This document shows, piece after piece, positions 58,516 through 64,000 of a DNA stretch of 64,000 nucleotides (position 1 is the stretch's first letter; each line of letters opens with the position of its first letter). The notes below the pieces were generated by a model. The model saw nothing but the letters and a program-made list of their open reading frames with translations, had not been told where the DNA came from and did not search any database. Position numbers and translations under genes: made by a program. The stretch comes from Eledone cirrhosa (taxonomy: Eukaryota). The stretch covers positions 253,766,001-253,830,000 of the forward strand of contig OZ024741.1 in assembly GCA_964016885.1 (NCBI GenBank), read 5' to 3'.

Positions 58516-59035
58516 CAGAGGTTCTCAAAGTGGGTGCTAACCCCCCCCCCCTATGTGGGCGTTGAGAAGGTTCAGGGGGAGTTGGGGCCTAATGGGGTGT
58601 GGAGGGGCGGTAGAGATGATATAAATGTATATTAAGTATCAAATGATACATATTACATAAATATAGTAAAATAAAAAATATACAATATTTATTTATACAT
58701 AGTATATATTATATTGTTTATTATATATAAATTAACAATTTTATTTATTATGTATTATTTACAATTTGCGTTGGATTGGCAGTATCGGTAGAGGGTCCGA
58801 CGCCATGCTTTGTAGCATAGAGTTATGCCTCTTTTCAGTCTGAGTTCAAATCCCACCAAGGTTAACTTTGCTTTTCATCCTTACGAGGTCGATAAAATTA
58901 AGTACCAATAATGCACTAGGATAATTGCTGGCCTAGTGCCAAAATTATTTACAAATTGCGTATAGGCAGGTCTCTCTGGAAATAGGGCTGGGAGTGTTGA
59001 GGTGGGTGGCGACTCAAAAAGTTTGAGAACCTCTG
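58516..59035. mobile_element. hAT MITE with a nested SINE (58771-58943)
   Basis: TIR CAGAGGTTCTCAAA/TTTGAGAACCTCTG; the SINE is flanked by an ~19-bp TSD ATTATTTTACAA.TTGCGT. Confidence 0.85.
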
Positions 59036-59121
59036 ATTTATATAGAAATCCTACCTTCTACTTTCTGCATATCAAACAGTCATTTCCTTGGTAGCACCAC
59101 AGACTTGTCTTCTTGTCTCCT

Positions 59122-59532
59122 TACTCTCGGTTCTCGAATAAACCTTTCCCACGCCGCTTATTAATTTTTCAGATTTTTTCCCACCCCACCCCCGCTCTTA
59201 TTCCAACCCCATCCACCCTTGCTTATTAAATTTTGCTAATCGATCTTCGGCGAAATTTTATTTCAAGTTGTAGCATTCCTGCGATAATTAATTTTCTTTA
59301 GACATTATGAAACATTACACACGACAAAAATAGAACATTACAAGAACTACTATACATTATAAAATATATAGGATGGTTTTGATCTCTCAATATAATAACT
59401 AAACAACTAATCCTGTTTTGTTTTGTTTTTAATCAAGGGAGACAACCTAGAAAAATTACCGATTCTCCTCCCCAGCCTATCACATCCTCACTTATTCCAC
59501 CACCCCCTCCTATTCTTTGGGACCCGAGAGTT
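59122..59532. mobile_element. Putative Tc1/pogo-type MITE; partial relative at 62733-62890
   Basis: Imperfect TIR CTCTCGG.TC / GACCCGAGAG with TA flank; shared body TTATTAATTT..AGATTTTTT.CCACCCCA. Confidence 0.55.
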
Positions 59533-59811
59533 TAGTATTTTCTAAGTTTACTTTAAGGCATATCGACTCTAGGTTTTGCTTCCACATCTGGAATCTCTCT
59601 AAATCTTCTACAGATTCAGCTATACACTACTATAACTGGAATTCTAAGCTTTTGTTTCATTATATATGTAACAAATCTATTTTCTTAAGATTGGTGAATA
59701 TCGAAATAAAATTGACCTGGTAACACCATTCCTTTACTTGAGTTTTCATTAATTGCATGCTTAATATCGATTGCTAAATAAACTAAAAAAAAAAAACTAA
59801 AATAAAAATAA

Positions 59812-60650
59812 TGATTTCTGATTTAGGCACAAGGCCAAGACCAGAAATTTTAGAGGAGAAGAAAGTCAATTAAATCAAAACCGGCGAGTTACTGGTACTT
59901 TATTTTATCGACTCCATATGGATGAAAGGTAAAGTTAACCTCGGCGGGATTTGAACTCAGTCCGTAAAGGGACGTAACTGTGCTGTAAAGCACGGCGTCC
60001 GACCCTCTACCGATACTGCCAATCCACCGCCCTGTCAATCTAAAATAATTGTTTCTACTTTTAGCACAAGGCCAGCAATTATCAGTGTATTACTGGTACT
60101 TTATTTTATCGACGCCGTAAGGATGAAAGGCAAAGTTAACCTCGGCGGGATTTGAACTCAGATCATAAAGGGAGGTAACTCTATGCTTCAAAGCATGGCG
60201 CCCGACCCTCTACCGATACTGCCAATCCACCGCCTTGTCAATCTAAAATAATGAAAGATGAAATGTATCCCTTTGTTCTATAAAAATCCTGTGTTAACAT
60301 CACGTCAACTTGGAAATATTGAAGTTCTTGATCAGTGTATTACTGGTGCTTTATTTTATCGACTCCATAAAGTACCAGTAATACACTGTGATAATTACTG
60401 GCCTTGTGCCAAACAATTATTTAGAAAGGGGGAGGTGGATTGGCAGAATCGGTAGAGTGTCGGACAACATGCATAGAGACATGGAGTTATGGCCCATATA
60501 CGTTCTGAGTTCAAATCCCACCGAAGTTAGCTTTACCTTTCATCCTTACGGGGTCGATAATATAAAGTACCAGTAACGCACTGGTTCGATGTAGTAGACT
60601 CCCACCCCCCTCCAAATTGTTGGCCTTGTGCTTAAAGTAGAAACAATTAT
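59812..60650. mobile_element. Cluster of SINE family A copies
   Basis: 59812-60031 (-), 60046-60233 (-), inverted tail fragments at 60330-60415, 60432-60650 (+). Confidence 0.85.
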
Positions 60651-61482
60651 TTAGAAAGTCTATGAATTTCGAAAGCTTTTTACAGATTAAGTATGATTTA
60701 GTTGACACCAATATATTGATTGTCAATATGTTATGGGAATTATGATTGGTCATTTGCTTTATCAGACCGTCATACGTTGTTGCTGATTGGCTAGACAATC
60801 CTAAGACCACAACATTTGTAAACAAAGAAATAATGGGAATTATTGTTTACAGATTAATGTGCAATGTATATAGGTGGAGATCATCAGTTTATATATATCA
60901 CCTTATCTTATTTCACTTTATTTTATCTTAATAATACTCTTTTAATAAATGTTTGCACATCTTAATAAATCCTTCACTTTTTAAACCCTAAATAAATAGT
61001 TTACTTAATTTCTATATCTGTAATCATAAGCATCATTAACTTTTAATTTTAAAATTTTATTAATTTATTTAATTTATTTATAAATTTACAACCGTTTTTT
61101 CAGTTATTTCTCTGTGGAGACAGCGTTTCTCAGTTTAAATGTTTATCTCTCTCTCTTTATCTCCTCTCTCCTTCTCTCTCCTTCCTCCTTCTTATACTCT
61201 TCCTCCGTTATCCTTTCCTTCTTTTTTCTTATTTACTTTCTTCCTCTTCCTTACTTTTCTCCCCTTCCTTTCCTTTTTTCCAATCTCCTATATCCTTTTA
61301 AATGTATTTATCATATGTTGTTTAGACACTACCTTGCTCACAAGTGTTTTTTTTAAGCTTCATATCATGTCTCCCTATTTTATCTGTGGAGAACGCAAAT
61401 ATCGTCCCAGGATGATATTTGCTTTTGAAATGAGCATAATAAAATACATGAAACTTTCTTAACCATCTTTTAATTTCTTCTT

Positions 61483-61549
<67 letters not shown>

Positions 61550-61822
61550 GCACGCACACATTCATTTATATATATATATATTTATAAACATAACATATAC
61601 ATAAATTGTAGCGCACATACAAATAAATGTATGTTTTGGTAGTTTGGGGAGAACATATAATTATTGAAGAAGGGCATGCCCCCCCCCCTCCTCCCAGTTA
61701 CACTGCCACTGTATATATATAATTAAAAGAAAATTGTGCTCTATGCCCTTTCCTAGGGGGTTAATATATCGAGCTTCTTCGCATCTGGTAAGAAACTGGT
61801 GTTATACCCAATTTATTCATCT

Positions 61823-61873
<51 letters not shown>

Positions 61874-61926
61874 TATATGTTATAGAATGCCGTTAGCTTC
61901 TTGCTAAAACAATCTCTATACCTCTC

Positions 61927-61970
<44 letters not shown>

Positions 61971-63216
61971 TCAGTGAGAATCGTATTTCGGCGGGTAGAA
62001 ATACGCGAAACGCAATTTCCGAGTCATGCTGGCAAGCGCTCCATGGACCAAAAGAGACCAGAGCAATAAACACAGGTTATAAAGGCCATACAAACTGAGA
62101 CGGCGGTTAAGAAGCTATCAACCACCTAAGCCCAAAAAACGAAGTAAGCTAAACGGGTCAAACAAAATAAATGAAATATTCACCAGGACCCATAGAAATG
62201 ATGGTATAATCCAGTACAGGGTTTCTGCGACACCTAAATCAATAATACTGTCTGCTTAAAATAATAAGCTTTTGGTATAAGGATCGAACAAGGCTGTCAC
62301 GTTATCAACAGGTATTTTGTTCTGCGCCAGCGTTGTGGATCACATAGTGTTTTGTAGTAGTGAAAGCACATGTGTAACTCACAGGAGAGAAAACGCCAGA
62401 TTTTGGCAAATGAATTCAGTATGTGTAAATCAATGCAAAAATTACAAAAACAGCACAAATCGAATTAAGCTCTCGACCAGGTAGTTTTTAAAATAAACTT
62501 ATGCAATTAATCAGTCAATAGTTATATATATACACACACACATACGTTCATTTATTAAGGCTGTTGGTGAACTCTGTTGCTCTAAATTTTCACCTGCGCA
62601 CTCACTGGATCACCAATATTGTCTGTTTAGTATGCAAGTGAGACTCCATAGTAACAAGGCTTAGTCATAATAAATGAATATTTAAACTCTACTTCGGTAT
62701 TAAGTTTTCATTCTTACGTCCGTCAATTCACGTACTCTCAGGTCTTGAATAATCGTCCCCACCCACCGCTTATTAATTTGTTAGATTTTTTTCCACCCCA
62801 TCCACCTCCAGTTTTTATTCCACCCACACACCAACCCACTTACTAAATTTTGCTAATCTATCTCCAGCAAAATTTTATTGTAAGTGATGCATATCGATAC
62901 AGCAGCTGGAGGATCTAAAAATAATTTTATTTTACACTAAAAAAACATTATATATGACAAAAGGAGAACATTACAAGAAATCCCATATTTACGAACGTAC
63001 ACTATACAAATATAATGTCTAAACCGTGTATAAAAATATAATAATATGCATTCATTGAACAAAACTGATAAAGGAAAGAAAAAAGAAGAAAAAAGGAGGG
63101 GGCACAATTCACCACTAAGTGTGATAATCCGCTGCACCTCACACCTTAGGGGTTAAGTACACACTTGAGGCAAGCCAACATTATGATTTGGCTTACGTTA
63201 TGGGTTTTTTTTTTTT

Positions 63217-63405
63217 TTAGGCACAAGACCAGCAATTCAGAGGATGGGATAAGTCGATTAAATCAAACCAAATATCTTATTTTATCGACCCCAAAATGAT
63301 GAAAGACAAAATTGACTTACATGGGATTTGAACTCAGAACGTAAGGTGCTAGAAGAAATACTTTAAAGCATTTCTTCCGACGCGCGATGCTCTGGCAATT
63401 CGCCA
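63217..63405 (-). mobile_element. SINE family A, diverged
   Basis: Reverse-complement copy. Confidence 0.75.
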
Positions 63406-63456
63406 CTCTTTGTAAACTATGATTAACAGGAACGGGTTAGAACCGATACTCTAAAC

Positions 63457-63611
63457 CAGTGGTTCCCAAAGTGGGTTCCGCAAAAGAGTGTCCGTTAAAA
63501 AGGGTAGAGGAGTATATTTATATTACAATCATTACAATTAGACTTTGGGGTTCCCCCAAATGTTTCTGAACCAAACAGGGTTCCGTATTTGAAAACGTTT
63601 GGGAAACCCTG
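63457..63611. mobile_element. hAT MITE, same family as 14906-15055
   Basis: CAGTGGTTCCCAAA/TTTGGGAAACCCTG; near-TSD CTCTAAAC/CTCTAACC. Confidence 0.85.
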
Positions 63612-63826
63612 CTCTAACCCAATGGTCCGCAACTTTATGTGCACCATGCCCACTTCAACATCTCAAAAATTGTTACGCTTCCTCATCCCCTTTGATATGA
63701 AAATACCTTCCTTTGATATGAAAACAGCAATGATCAACTGCAAAGTATAAACAAATTGAGATGTAGGTGGTGCCAGATGCAGATTAACATATGTAGAGGA
63801 GGTGAGACAGGAGTTTCCGACAATAA

Positions 63827-64000
63827 TCTATATATCTAAAACAGAGAATGTCTGTCTGTCTGTCTGACTCCCTAAAACTCAAGAACCACCCAACCGATTT
63901 TTTTCAAACTTTACACATATAATACTTATGGTCCTGTGAGTGTTTTTAGCAAAACATATCTCAAATTTAGCGTCCGTATTAGGCGTTTTAGCGATCTCTC
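63827..64000 (+). mobile_element. 5' end of a non-autonomous Helitron
   Basis: A^TCTATATATCTAAAACAGAGAAT-(GTCT)n start, the layout known from Lep1-type Helitrons. Confidence 0.55.

Overview
AT-rich, microsatellite-saturated eukaryotic DNA with no host gene that I can recognise. The SINE families and dense (TA)n/(CA)n/(GA)n tracts resemble octopus genomes; this is inference, not a database match. Nearly all listed ORFs are simple-repeat artefacts. Real coding remnants all come from retrotransposons: a Tx1/L1-like LINE lacking its endonuclease (20195-24706) plus fragments, three R4/Dong-like LINEs, RTE 3' ends and Penelope-like GIY-YIG remnants. There are also many tRNA-derived SINEs, hAT and Tc1-type MITEs and non-autonomous Helitrons. 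The main finding is a hammerhead-ribozyme system. A near-perfect array of 8.25 x 310-bp units (17586-20144) carries a complete type I hammerhead in each unit, making it retrozyme-like. About a dozen further hammerhead motifs from several distinct families are dispersed in short, often fold-back elements inserted in (TA)n. All structures were folded by eye.
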